A stretch of DNA of 64,000 nt, taken from the NCBI RefSeq assembly GCF_009914755.1, contig NC_060936.1. One strand, written 5' to 3'. Position numbers and translations under genes: made by a program. Source of the stretch: the human T2T-CHM13v2.0 reference genome, Homo sapiens. A model generated the notes under the pieces. It did not search any database and was not told the origin of the DNA. It saw only the letters and a program-made list of their open reading frames with translations. Below are positions 22,374 through 38,932 of this stretch, piece by piece; the first letter of the stretch is position 1; every line of letters starts with the position of its first letter.

Positions 22374-23182
22374 TAAATTTTTGCAGAGACAGGGTCTCCC
22401 TATGTTGCTGAGGCTAATCTCTAACTCCTGAGTTTAAGTGATCCTCCCACCTCAGCCTCCCAAAGTGCTGGGATTATAGGCATGAGCCACCATGCCCAGT
22501 CAAGGGTAATTACTTTAAAGTGGAACTACCTGTACTCCACCCTAACTGCTATTTAGGAAACGATGTTTTCTTTAGATTATTGTACTCAAAACAAAACAAT
22601 CTCTTCCACCAAAATTCTATTAGGGATTTGAGAGTATTTCAGGGGCTAGAGGAATGATAGATAAATGAATTGTATATAATACTATTGTCTTGTGCTAATT
22701 GACCCGAAAAGAGACCAAGCCTCAGGAGAGAGGGAGGGTGTGGCTGAGGATTTTAGAGCAGAAGGAAGAGTTGGAAAAGAAATCAGTGGGGATGGGTTGA
22801 TTGAAATGGGAGGTTCTAAGTGAATCCATTCTGAGGAGAAGGGTTGGAGACCCAGAACTGTGAAAGCCCAGAAGACACACTATTTGAGAAACTCCAGTGG
22901 GGAGGGACCTGGGGACACAATTGCCTCTGAGAACTGTCAATTTGGAGTGGCAGCCAGAAGAAAAGTACTCGTTTTTTTAGAGCTCAGGGCTTATGGGAGA
23001 GCACAGGCATGTGTATTCACTCAGAAAGGTTAAACCTTAGGAGGTTATAGGTGAAGCTGGCTGATGAAGGCCTAGAAGAGGTTGCATTATGCATTAGTCT
23101 ATTTTCCCCCTTATTCCCATGTAGAGTCCCTGGGATACAGGACTTTTAAATGTTAATACCAGGAAAGTCTAGGGCAAACTAG

Positions 23183-23479
<297 letters not shown>

Positions 23480-24398
23480 TGATCCGCCTGCCTTGGCCTC
23501 CCAAAGTGCTGGGATTACAGGCATGAGCCACTGCGCCTGGCCTAATCCTTTCATTTTTTATAGTTTCAGCCAGCCTGCCAGCTTCTCTCTCTCCTCCATC
23601 TAGTTTGGACCTTGCAGTTGATCTGCAATCCTGTCCTTTTACCCCAATCATGCAGGAAACCGTCTTTGAGTAAAACAGAGTGAATCATATATCCATGTGG
23701 TCGTAGTCTGGTCTCCAAACAGCCAGTCAGCAACATCTTGGAGGACTGTCCTCCCATTCACACTAACTAGTCCAGACCCATACAACCCTTTCCCCTTCAT
23801 TTTCAGCAGTCAAGTTGACTCCTCCTAGTTCATGAGTAACTAGAAGCAATAATGTAGAACACCTGCCAACGTTCGGCTACCAAATCCAGCAAACTTTTCT
23901 ATGTCTGTGTGCACATCTGGTATCCCTCTTCCTGTTCAGAGCCAGCTCCACCTGTGCTCTTAGTTCCATCTCTTTCTTCTGTGGGATCTTGTGCCATCCA
24001 TTATTATTATTACCTCTGTCTGACTCTACAGGATTCTTTCCTCTCTGCCTATTTATGCACTCAATTTTCTTTTCTCTTTTTTTGAGACGGAGTCTCACTC
24101 TGTCACCCAGGCTGGAGTGCGGTGGTGCGATCTTGGCTCACTGCAACCTCTGCCTCCTAGGTTCGAGCAATTCTCCTGCCTCAGCCTCCTGAGTAGCTAG
24201 GATTACAGGCACGCGCCACCATGCCTGGCTACTTTTTTGTATTTTTAGTAGATGGTGTTTCACCATGCTGGCCAGGCTGGTCTCGAACTCCTGACCTTGT
24301 GATCTGCCCGCCATAGCCTCCCAAAGCACTGATATTACAGGCGGGAGCCACCGCGCCCGGCCAATTTTCTTCTCTTAGAAGATCCACTCCCTCCATGA

Positions 24399-24665
<267 letters not shown>

Positions 24666-25952
24666 TAACTCCTGGGCTCAAGCGATCCTCCTGCCTCAAT
24701 CTGCCAAAATCTTGGGATTACAGGCATGAGCTACTACACCCGGCTGGTTATATGTCTTATTGCCTCTTTATTTCTTACCCTTCGGACAAGCTTCTGCCCT
24801 CACCACTCCACTGAAACTGCTCTTGCCAAGGTTACAATTGCCAAAGTGGCCACTTTCAGCTCTTACCTACTGTGGCTTCTGGGTGAATTGTATATTATGT
24901 GATATCTGTAAGTACTTCCTGAGATTTCATAATATCCTTATTACCAGGTTTTTATCTTACATCTACTTCTCCTTTCTTAGATCCTAGTGGTTTCTTTATC
25001 CTCCACTTATCCCTGAAACACTCAAGTATTTATGTTCTGACAGTTCTTTCCCAACCCACTGCTCTTTTCTCATTGAACAGTTTTTCCCTGGAATGGGATC
25101 TGATTTGTTCTCAGTAGGTATCTCTAGCCCAGCTCTTCCCCCAGGCCCCACTTTTTCTATCTAATTTCTTGGCCAGGCGTGGTGGCTCATGCCTGTAATC
25201 CCAGCACTTTGGGAGGCTGAGGTCAGGAGTTCGAGACTTAGCCTGGCCAACATGGGGAAACCCCGTCTCTACTAAAAATACAAAAATTAGCCAGGTGTTG
25301 TGGCACATGCCTGTAATCCCGGCTACTTAGGAACCTGAGGTAGTAGAATCACTTGAGCCCGTGAGACAGAGGGGGCAGTGAGCTGAGATCGCGCTACTGC
25401 ACTCCAGCCTGGGTGAGAGAGGGAGACTCCGTCTCAAACAAAACAAAAAAAACACCAAATTTCTTACTGGTTGCTATACCTGAATGTCCCACTGGGATCT
25501 CAGACAAAGGTTGTCCAGAACCAAACTCATCATCTTCTCTCTCAAACTCTGTAAATCTTGTCTCAGGGCAACAGTGCCCTCCCCCAAATCACTTAAACCA
25601 GATGCTTGGCTGTTGTTCCAGATCCTCCTCCTTCCCTCCTCCGGTTCCTATCACCACTGCCTTAATTCAGGCCCTCAAATTTCTTGCTTAGATCATTGCA
25701 ATAGCCCTCTAGGCAATCTCCCTGCCTCTCTTGTCTTCTTCAAAAACATGCCTAAAGAACAATTCTAAAAGGTGAATCTGGTTGTGCTAGTCTCCTGTTT
25801 AGAAGTCTTTGATGGCTTCCCAATGCCCAAGAGATAAGGTTCATGTCCCCAAGCCTGGCATTTGAAGCCCTGAGTTGTACAGCTCTTGCTTGCCTCTCTA
25901 GTCTTACCTCCTGACATTTCCTAGTATGGTGGTAGCTTCTATTCTAGCCCAC

Positions 25953-27220
<1,268 letters not shown>

Positions 27221-28666
27221 TACTCTAGCCTTAGGGAATGCCCCATAATTCTGTATGTACTCTAGGTTGTTTCTTGGCCCCCTGCCTTTATTCATGCCGT
27301 TCCCTCCCTCTGAATGTCTTTTCTCCTTTTTGCCTGGCCTATTCCTATTTGCCCCTCAGGACCCACTACAAATTCTAGTTTCTTGGGGAAGGAAAGTCTT
27401 TTCTGGCCCCAGTAGGTAGAGGTAGGTACCTACCCTTGGGCTTCCATATCACCTGTGCACATCCTGATTATTAACACTTAACCACATTGTATTACAATGT
27501 TCTATTGTATGTCTGTGCCTCTGGTTTCTTTACTTGACACTGTTTGATCCATCTTTGTAACCTTAGCACTTAGCACAATGCCTGGCATATAGTAGATATA
27601 TAATGAATAGTTGTTAAACTGCATTAAGAAATCTGGGGTGGGGCATGGTGGCTCACGCCTGTATTCCCAGCACTTTGGGAGGCCAATGTGGGAGGATCAC
27701 TTGAGCCCTGGAGTCTGAGACCAGCCTGGGCCACAAAGCAAGACCCCATCTCTATATTAAAATAATAATAATAAAAAAAGCTTAAAAAGAGAAATCTGTA
27801 AGATAGTTTATGGCTGATTGATCTTGTCAAAATAGAGGAAGGTTATATTTGTTATATATAAGCTATTATAAAATTATTTTGTGCACTTTCCCCTATCAAA
27901 CTCACCTGTACATACTGCCAGAAATATCACTGGGGTAAAGGGATGGTGGTAGAGGAACTGCAAGAGAAGTAGGACTGATAGGTAAGAGGGAGCAGGGTAC
28001 TGCTTATACAGCATCACAACCACCTGTCCAGGCTCAGCTGCATCGCTGCCATTAAAAAATCTAGGTAACAAATTTGGCTGGGCATGGTGGCTCACGCCTG
28101 TAGTCCCAGCACTTTGGGAGGCCAAGGCGGGTGGATCACCTGAGGTCGGGAGTTCGAGATCAGCCTGAGCAACATGGAGAAACCCTGTCTCTACTAAAAA
28201 TACAAAAAATTAGCCGGGCGTGGTGGTGCATGCCTGTAATCCCAGCTACTTGGGAGGCTGAGGCAGGAGAATTGCTTGAACCCAGAGGCGGAGGTTGCAG
28301 TGAGCCGAGATCGTCCCATTGCACTCCAGTCTGGGCAACAAGAGCAAAACTCCATCTCAAAAAAAAAATCTAGGTAACAAATTCTAAGAACACACACATA
28401 TACCAACAACAACATATAAATGTTGGGCCACGTACAAACTTTGAAGTGAGGGCATCGAGCAAGATCAATTTTAAGGTTCCTTTCAACTTTGAGTTTCTGC
28501 ATGTGTAGAATTACCAGCACAGGATCATTCTCACTTAGACGCCAGAGTAGAAAATTGAGTCTGTGTAGGACTAAGAGTAAGTGTCGAATAGGGAGGTGAG
28601 GAAGAGGGGTGGAGGGATAGGCAGAGAGTGGCGGGACCTGGGGTGGGACCCCCTGCAAATGTTCAC

Positions 28667-28812
28667 CTGGCATCCAGAGCGAACTCCATCTCCACCAGCA
28701 CACACCATGGTGTTCTTCACAGTGGAGCCCCAGTAGGAGGAGCTGGAGCAGATGGCGTAGTCCACAGAGGGCAGGTAAGCCTGCTGCAGGGTCTGGGCCA
28801 GCTGCCCATTGG
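28667..28812 (-). CDS. CELA1: CELA1 exon 6 ([48 protein letters not shown])
   Basis: gttcag|CC AAT GGG...TGC CAG|gtgaac. 146 nt. Peptide present in ORF 28571..29089(-). Confidence 0.97.
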
Positions 28813-29214
28813 CTGAACAGGACACACGGCATTGGCAGTCAGCTCCAGATGTGGTCCAGCAGAAAAACCTTCCACCCCTGCCACACCTTCCCAAACTCTC
28901 GTGAAAGCTGAGCTCAGGGCAAACTCCTTCTCTCTCCCTGTTGCATGTGGTGGATCCTCTGTCTTCTCTCTTTATATGGCCGCACAGGACCCTTCCCTCA
29001 GGGAGGCAGCCTTGCTTACTGTACCTAGGCTCCAAGCCACCAACCCTACTCCTGCTTCTTTTCACTCGTGGATAACTTAGTTGCACCATGGAATGGCCTT
29101 ATTTGTGGATGATTTATCTGTCTGTTCTGTTTGCTCCTGCAAGCTCCATGGAGCAGAAATGGGATTGTGCATGCTTGTTTCCATTTCTTTCTTTCTTTTT
29201 TTTTTTTTTTTTGA

Positions 29215-29373
<159 letters not shown>

Positions 29374-30049
29374 TAGTAGAGATGGGGTTTCTCCATGTTG
29401 GTCAGGCTTAAGCGATCCTCCTTCCTCAGCCTCCTGAGTACCTGGGACTACAGACTCATGCCACCACACTCAGCTAAGGATCCTTAATTTCTCTGGACCT
29501 TGGTTTCCTCATGTATAAAATGAAGGGCTGGCTGGCTGCAGTGGCACATGCCTGTAATCCCAGCACTTTGGGAGGCCAAGGTGGGAGGATTTCTTAAGCT
29601 CAGGAGTTCGAGGCCAGCCTAGGCAATATAGCGAGATCCCATCTCTACAAAAAAATTTAAAAATTAGCTGAGTGTGGTGGTACATGCCTATAGTCTCAGC
29701 TACTCAGGAGGCTGAGGTGGGAGGATCACTTGAGCCCAGGAAGTGGAGGTTGCAGCCTGGGTGACAGAGCAAAACCCTGTCTCTAAATAAATAAATAAAT
29801 TTTAAAAATGAGGGGCTGGTAAAAAAAATTCTCTGATAAAGTCTTTTTTTGTTCTAAGAGTCCATGAATCTGTCAACTACTTCACAGCCCATTCTTAGCT
29901 TGATATAATGCATCAGTTATTGTATCTATGGTTCTTTTAGCTCCTGGTCTCTGGCCATAAGCACCTAGGACCACAGAAAAAGGTGTCTTAGAAGCTCAGC
30001 TACCTAATCAAGATCCCCGTGGTGGATTGTGCCAATGTAGGCATCTTAC

Positions 30050-30186
30050 TCTTGGTCTTGCCCCAGCCTGTGATGTAGCAGGGACTGTTGTTAGCCAGGA
30101 TGGCTCCCTCCTGGGGCAGAACACCCAGCTGGACATAGCTATTGAGGGTAACGCTCTGGGCCAGGCGCAGCAGGGCGATGTCATAG
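30050..30186 (-). CDS. CELA1: CELA1 exon 5 ([10 protein letters not shown]...ITGWGKTK; catalytic Asp111)
   Basis: cctgcag|C TAT GAC ATC...AAG A|gtaaga. 137 nt. DIAL and GWG motifs. Confidence 0.97.
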
Positions 30187-30961
30187 CTGCAGGAGAAAAG
30201 GAGACTGCTCACTCATGGGATCAGCTCTTCCCTGAGGTCAGCATATACACTGGCCCTCTCTAAGCATTTGTATCCCCGTGGAATTGGAAAGTGACGACTT
30301 TGAAGAAGGACGGGGCTCACTTGCTAAGCCTCAAACTAGAGCAATTACAATTTAACATGTAAACATTCTATGTTTAACAGCAGCATCTGCTGGTGGGACA
30401 TTGGTATTGCAGCCTAGCTCTGACCTTTGCAACCCCGGGAAGTAGAGAATGGGGGAATCTGAAAGGAGCAGAGTGGCATGATCTTGGTGGCAGAGTTCTC
30501 AAACAAGAAAAATGTAAAAGGCTGAGTGGCTCTACAAGCTCAGTAGAATATCCCAATTCCTTGAACCCACCCCCACCTCCACATGCTATAGAATTGACCA
30601 CCGTTTTAATTATTTATTTTCCAGAAGTTTACAACTCAACTTGCAATTTTCCCGTGTAAGATTCACTTTAGGAAATTTACTTTTGCTGATGGAGTCTATT
30701 CTATAATGTGAATAATAAATAATGATAAAACCCCCCATAGAAACAGAACATTAAAATCTGCAGAGAATGGTAATCCACTGTGCAAACCAGCCTGGATCCA
30801 ACAAATCCTAAAGGTCTTCAAAGACTCTCAAGCCCTCCAGAACGTCAGTTCTCTTTTTCTTATGAGACAGAGTCTCACTCTGTCACCCAGGCTGGAGTGC
30901 AGTGGCGCGATCTCAGCTCACTGCACCCTCTTCCTCCTGGGTTCAAGTGATTCTCCTGTAA

Positions 30962-31147
<186 letters not shown>

Positions 31148-31380
31148 TAAATTCTCAAAGTCCTCCTGGACGAATGAGCCAGCTCATTGCTCCCTCTAGG
31201 ACATGGTGCCTTCTCTCAGGCTCAGCTGGGCTCCTTAACTAAAGGCCAGGCCAGGAGCCACGGACCAGGTTTCAGGCCATGCAATCCCTCTAGCCCTCTG
31301 AAAGAACAGGTGAAGGCAGCCAGTTGTTGGCTAGTCAGGCCTCACCGCCCAGCCCAGGGCCAGCTTGGACTTGCTCCTAC

Positions 31381-31506
31381 CCGGCAGCCACGTTATCGCT
31401 GTTCCAGTATGGATGCACCACGATCTTCTGCACACTCACGTACTGCTCAGTGCCATCATTCTGGCTCAGGTTATGGTCTCCAGCCACCACGCGGAAAGTC
31501 TTCTGG
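31381..31506 (-). CDS. CELA1: CELA1 exon 4 ([42 protein letters not shown])
   Basis: cgccag|C CAG AAG ACT...GCC GG|gtagga. 126 nt. In frame with the flanking exons. Confidence 0.96.
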
Positions 31507-32014
31507 CTGGCGTGAGAGAAGGAATCCCTGAGTCATCCAGGGGACTCAAACCTTCTCTACCCCACTTAGAGAAAAGTTGAAAAACCATCTTTTTTTTTAA
31601 TCATTATTATTTAGGAAATTTTTTTTTTTTTTTAGAGATGGGGTTTTGCTGTGTTGCCCAGGCTGGCTTCAAACTCCCAGGCTCAAGTGATCCTCCCACC
31701 GCAGCTTCCCTAGTAGCTGGGACTACAGGTGTGAGCCACCGTGCCCAGGTTTTGTTTATTATTTTAGGACAGGAACCCATCTTATCTGGTCTAGGCAGAG
31801 GAGGGATATAAGACTCTCCAAAATGAGAAAGTAACAAGCTCTTTCATTCCCTAATTGACTAACTTGTGGAAGTGAAAAAAACTACCATCACTTTGATTTT
31901 CTCGGTTTAACATCATAGGCTGAATATCTTGTAAACTGGGAGAGGTGTAGTGCGCATAAATGAAATAATGGCTCTCAGCCACCAAGATTTTGAAGGAAGC
32001 ATAGACTTTTAGGC

Positions 32015-32194
32015 TAGTTGTTCTTAAAGCGTGGTTCCTGGGCCGCAGCATGAGCATCACCTGGAAACTTGTTAGAAATGCAAATTATCAGGCCTCACCC
32101 TGGACCTACCAAATTAGAAACTCTGCTGGATGGGGCCCAGCAATCTGTGCCTTCCAGGTGATTCTGACACATGCTCAAATGTGAAAACCATTGC
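32015..32194 (+). mobile_element. MER5A-type hAT element
   Basis: GTTCTTAAAGCGTGGT...AGCATCACCTGGAAACTTGTTAGAAATGCAAATT hallmark. Confidence 0.8.
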
Positions 32195-32414
32195 CCAAGA
32201 CAAATAGGAAAAAATAGTCACCAGTCAGACATTGACTAGGCACTTACATATTTACTCAATCCTCACAACATTTCTACAAAGTAAATGTTCTTAGCCCACT
32301 TTAGAGATAGGAGAATGGGGGCATAGTTGCCCAAGGCTACATAGCTAGAATTTGGTGGAGCAAGATTTGAATTTGAGTCTCCCTGACTCCAAAGTTTGTA
32401 CTTTCACCATACTA

Positions 32415-32951
<537 letters not shown>

Positions 32952-33390
32952 TCATCTGACCTGCCAATTGCTACTGATTGCTTGGTAGTGGCCACCTGGA
33001 GTGTGGCATTGATAAGGGGTGTGTAGATGCTTCTGGGGCCAGCAGGAAGGGATGCTCCATCGCTTGGTGATGTTTGCTGTGTACATGGATGGAGGAGTAA
33101 AGGCACACAGTGTATTTGGCATTATCTCTCTAGGTTGTTGCAATGGACCTAGAACCCATTGTAACTCCTTTTTTGGAACTCCTTCTACCTCTGTTCTCCC
33201 TTAAAGAGGAACTATAGGCCAGGCACCATGGCTCACGCCTGTGATCCTAGCACATTGGGAGGCCAAGGCGGGTGGATCACCAGGTCAGGAGATCAAGACC
33301 ATCCTGGCCAACATGGTGAAACCCCATCTCTACTAAAAATGCAAAAATTAGTCGGGCGTGGTGGCATGCACCTGTAGTCCCAGCTACTCA

Positions 33391-33522
<132 letters not shown>

Positions 33523-33711
33523 CTATAGGCAAAGATTTGCTCCATCACCTAAGCCCAACAGGCTTAGGTCTCCAGAGCTGTACCTTTAGTGTTTTCAAGA
33601 CATCTCCTGTCTCCCCACTTCAGGGACTACTTAGAAATACCAATGGGAGGCCAGGCGCGGTGGCTCATGCCTGTAATCCCAGCACTTTGGGAGGCTGAGG
33701 CGGGTGGATCA

Positions 33712-33972
<261 letters not shown>

Positions 33973-34197
33973 TCATGTCTCTTCTTCTAGCACCTCATGT
34001 TATGTAATAGCTCTACTCCTGAAAACTGGGGCTCAGACTTTTATAAGCTAAAACTCTGATTGCAGTGATATCTTCTCAAAGTGTGGATCTTCATCAGTTA
34101 ATTTGCCAGGTTTACATATTTAGATCACTTAAATCAGGGCCCAGCTGCCCTGTTAGCAAAGTGGAAACTCTAAATAGCCAACTAAGCAGCATGCTGT

Positions 34198-34234
34198 ACG
34201 TGTGTGTGTGTGTGTGTGCGCGCACATGCGTGCA
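34198..34234 (+). repeat. Alternating purine-pyrimidine tract (TG)n(CG)n
   Basis: Visible tgtgtg...gcgcgcacatgcgtgca. Confidence 0.9.
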
Positions 34235-34600
34235 AGCATTGTGACACACACAGTGTGGAGTGGTGTGCGTGTGAGTTTCAAGGTATGTGGAGTCCAAGGT
34301 GACTGTCTGGCACCCAGTCTTTCTTGCGTGGCACAAGTGCTGTCGCTGAGAATATAAATGTATCTTGTGTTTGGGTGTGTGCCTTGAAGAGGGACTGTGG
34401 TTGGTGTATAAATCCCCTCCTCCAAGCCTTTTGCATTTAGAAAACCACCTAAGCCTGATCCCATCCATCTTTAAAATCGAGAACCTAGACAATTGGAGAG
34501 CTGCTTGTTGATAGGGACATGCACAAATACACATGATACCTTATGTCATGCACTGAGCTCTTATTTGGGTGGAAGTCTGGGGCTGGGAAGGAACACCCAC

Positions 34601-34683
34601 CTGAGAGGGCCAGGAATTCCTCCCGGCCTCAGTCCCTCCGACTACGCGGGCATTGGTTTCCGGAAGGTCCTGGGTGCTGTGTC
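34601..34683 (-). CDS. CELA1: CELA1 exon 2 (propeptide [12 protein letters not shown] plus mature N-terminus [15 protein letters not shown])
   Basis: cacaaag|GA CAC AGC...TCT CAG|gtgggt. 83 nt. R-VVGG activation site. Confidence 0.97.
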
Positions 34684-35428
34684 CTTTGTGGGGCAGAAGA
34701 AAAGTGAGTGATGACTAAGCATGGGGTCAGCCAGGGGTAGGGGTGGGGGGTGGCGATTGTGCTTTGAGGAATGTTAGCCTTGTCTGCAAATTCACAGTTC
34801 CTCTCTAACGAATGAGGGGCCCAGCTGTGAGTTCTCTGAGCCCCTTTTGAAAACAGGGGTGCCTGGGTGCCTTCTGTTTCCCCCAGGTGTTCCCAGAACT
34901 CCGGCATGCTATGAAGGACCTCTCTCAAACCACCAGGCTAGGCCCCAGAGGCTCCTTGTGGTCTCCTCTTTGCTCAAGATCACCCTTTGGCCTGAAGAGA
35001 CCCCCCCCCACTCTTTGACCCCCACCAGCCCCCTAATGCTTTGGCAAGATTCTCCAGGGTTCAGGGCCTGCAGTGCACACCCCAGCCAGGCACCTGCTGA
35101 GGAAGTCCTCCTGTCAATGGGGGTGGTGGGGAAGCCCAGGGACCCACCCCACTACCAGATGGGGCTTCTCTCTGCTTTGTGGCCCAGGGACCTGCCACCC
35201 AGAGGGGCCTGAATAGCCAGTGGCCCTGACCTTTTCTATCTTGGCCTCCAGGAGAGTAAAGGACGCTCTGCAGGCAGAGCGTCCCACCTGCCCTGGGACA
35301 GGGTGCTGGCCTGGACTTAGGGAAAATTTGCTGACCTTCCTGCCCAAGTCCCCCTCCCTATAGACCTCAGGCCACATGATCCACTTACCATAAAGGACCA
35401 GGGTTGCGAATGGACCATATCCACTTAC

Positions 35429-35444
35429 CATAAAGGACCAGCAT
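35429..35444 (-). CDS. CELA1: CELA1 exon 1 coding part (MLVLY-G, truncated signal peptide)
   Basis: aacATGCTGGTCCTTTATG|gtaagt. 16 nt, phase 1, in frame with exon 2. Gives the known 258-aa human protein. Confidence 0.92.
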
Positions 35445-35491
35445 GTTGCCGATGGAGTAGACCACTGCCTTCTTGCTTGGACCAAGCCCTC

Positions 35492-35497
35492 TTTATA
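35492..35497 (-). promoter_or_regulatory. CELA1: CELA1 TATA box (TATAAA)
   Basis: tttata on the + strand, about 50 nt upstream of the ATG. Confidence 0.85.
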
Positions 35498-35554
35498 CTC
35501 CTCTTAGCAGCAAAGCTGACTGTCTTCTTGCCAACTGGCAGGGCTGAGGGTGCA

Positions 35555-35640
35555 AGGCAGGGAAAATCACAAGTGACATGGAAATACAAATGAAAATATT
35601 TCTTTTCAAGTAAACTAATGTATCTGTTATTCAAAGACAG
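35555..35640 (-). promoter_or_regulatory. CELA1: Remnant of the elastase-I pancreatic acinar enhancer (PTF1 A-element, with a B-element-like sequence upstream)
   Basis: Minus strand reads ATGTCACTTGTGATTTTCCCTGC: E-box-like CACTTG at 35570-35575 plus TC-box TTTTCCC at 35560-35566. This resembles the rodent elastase-I A element as I recall it (CACCTG...TTTTCCC). Confidence 0.7.
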
Positions 35641-36233
35641 AACAAGGCCAGGGCTGAATTAATCATCTGCTTTTAATTGAAAAGCATCCAACAAACTCTT
35701 TTTCAGAAATAAGATGGAGAACCAGGGCTGGTTTTTCTCTAAGGGAGCACCCCTTGTCATCCATCACTCTCTCGTTGTCCTCAGTGGCACCATAAATGCA
35801 GAGACTTGCCCTGTGCACTAGCAGCTGGAGGCCAGGGGGATAGTGGAAGAGGGGGGAGTGGTTAGCAAGGGCAAGGAAGACACAGCAACTCTCTCTGCCC
35901 AAAGAGGGAGATGGCACATGCCCCCAGGATGCAGGCATAGGTGTAAATGCAGACACAAAAGCCAAATAGATGCAGTGGAGATAATTCTGGGGGAGGAAAG
36001 TACTGAGAAACAGGCTTGGGCCCTCTCAGATGGAGAGCCAAGAAGGGGCTCCCAGAGGAGAATATGAGGCAGGGTAGAGGAGGGGATCCTTGGGATGTGA
36101 AGACAGTCTGAGGGCTATGAGGGTAGATGGAGGGTGGAGGGCAGAGGGAGAACGAGGGTAGGAGCCGAGGTTCCTGCAGGAGATGAAAGGCTTTGTTCAT
36201 CACAGTTCGTAGAGGAGAGAGAAGGGAGTTGCG

Positions 36234-36841
<608 letters not shown>

Positions 36842-37363
36842 AGAGAGAGAAAAGAGTTGCAATGTGCCTTGAGGTGGGCAGAGGACCCTTGGGTTGGCCA
36901 CAAAATGATCAGAGCCACTGCAGGCTCCAGAGCAGAGGACTGTGGGTGCAGCAGTCATGGTAGCAACGCATGGGGTTTGGAATTAGGCAGGGAGAAGCCA
37001 GGAACCTAGACAGAAGCAGGACCATCACCTGCCCACCCAGGGCTTTTGTTGCCTAAACACTCCAGAATCCAAGCTTCATGGCTGCAGGGGTGGGAGAAAC
37101 CTGGAAAATGCTCTTTGAAGGAATCTGCACAGTCACTTTTTCAGTGTCTAGAGCTGTTCAGAGGAGTTGCACTTTGATGCTCAGATAACCTGAAGAGCTT
37201 GCTCTCCAGCCTGCCCTCCAGCATTCTGGCACACTCAGGGAAGAGGGGTGAGCTGCGCTAGGGAACCCGGGGCCTCTTTGGTCATTCTCCTCCCGCTTCC
37301 CTGCTTCCTCTGGCCTCTAGCCCCAGGATGAGGAGTCCAAGAGGAGGCTTGAGGGCCTCCTGA

Positions 37364-37993
<630 letters not shown>

Positions 37994-38701
37994 TAAATTT
38001 TGAGGCATTGCATTTCTTCTGACATTGCATACCAATTCTAGGAATGAATTCTTTTGAGATAAACACTGGTCGGGCATGGTGGCTCATGTTTGTAATCTCA
38101 GCAATTTGGGAAGCCAAGGCGGGAGGACTGCTTGAGGCCAGAAGTTTGGTATCAGCCTGGGCAACATAATGAGACCTTGTCTCTACAAAACATGAAAAAA
38201 ACATGGTGGCGCATGCCTGTAGTCCCATTACTTGGGAGGCTGAGGTGGGAGGATCCCTTGAGCATGGGAGGTCGAGGCTGCAGTGAGCCATGATTGTGTC
38301 ACTGCACTCCAGCCTGGGTGACAAAACAAGACCCAGTCTCAAAACAAAACAAAACAAAAAAACAGGCAGAAAAATAAATGTTCAAGGTTGTGGGTTACAG
38401 TATAGTTTGTCACAAAGCTTGTTGCAAAATTGGAAAAAAGCTAAGTATTCATCAGTAGAGGAAGACTGAATAAATTGGGTTTAACCCTGCTATGGAATAC
38501 TATATAGCTTTATTATTTTTTTGAAACAGAGTCTCTCTCTGTCACCCAGGCTGGTGTGCAGTGGCACGATCACAAATTACTGCAGCCTTGACTTTCTGGG
38601 CTCCAGCAATCCTCCCACCTGAGCCTCCCAAGTAGCAAATTTCACTTTTTTAAACCTCACTTTTCTAGATCACTTGACTTTTCTCCACAATATTACTTTA
38701 A

Positions 38702-38932
<231 letters not shown>

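Noticed and set aside
28194-28832. 212-aa minus-strand ORF
   Set aside because: Alternative frame of CELA1 exon 6 running into intron and Alu sequence.
33547-33569. 9-bp perfect inverted repeat ACCTAAGCC-caaca-GGCTTAGGT
   Set aside because: Isolated between two Alus with no other support for function.
35389-35418. Second ATG (ATG GTC CAT TCG...) between the duplicated CELA1 donors as an alternative start
   Set aside because: It gives 30 nt to the second donor (phase 0), which is out of frame with exon 2, so it cannot restore the signal peptide.
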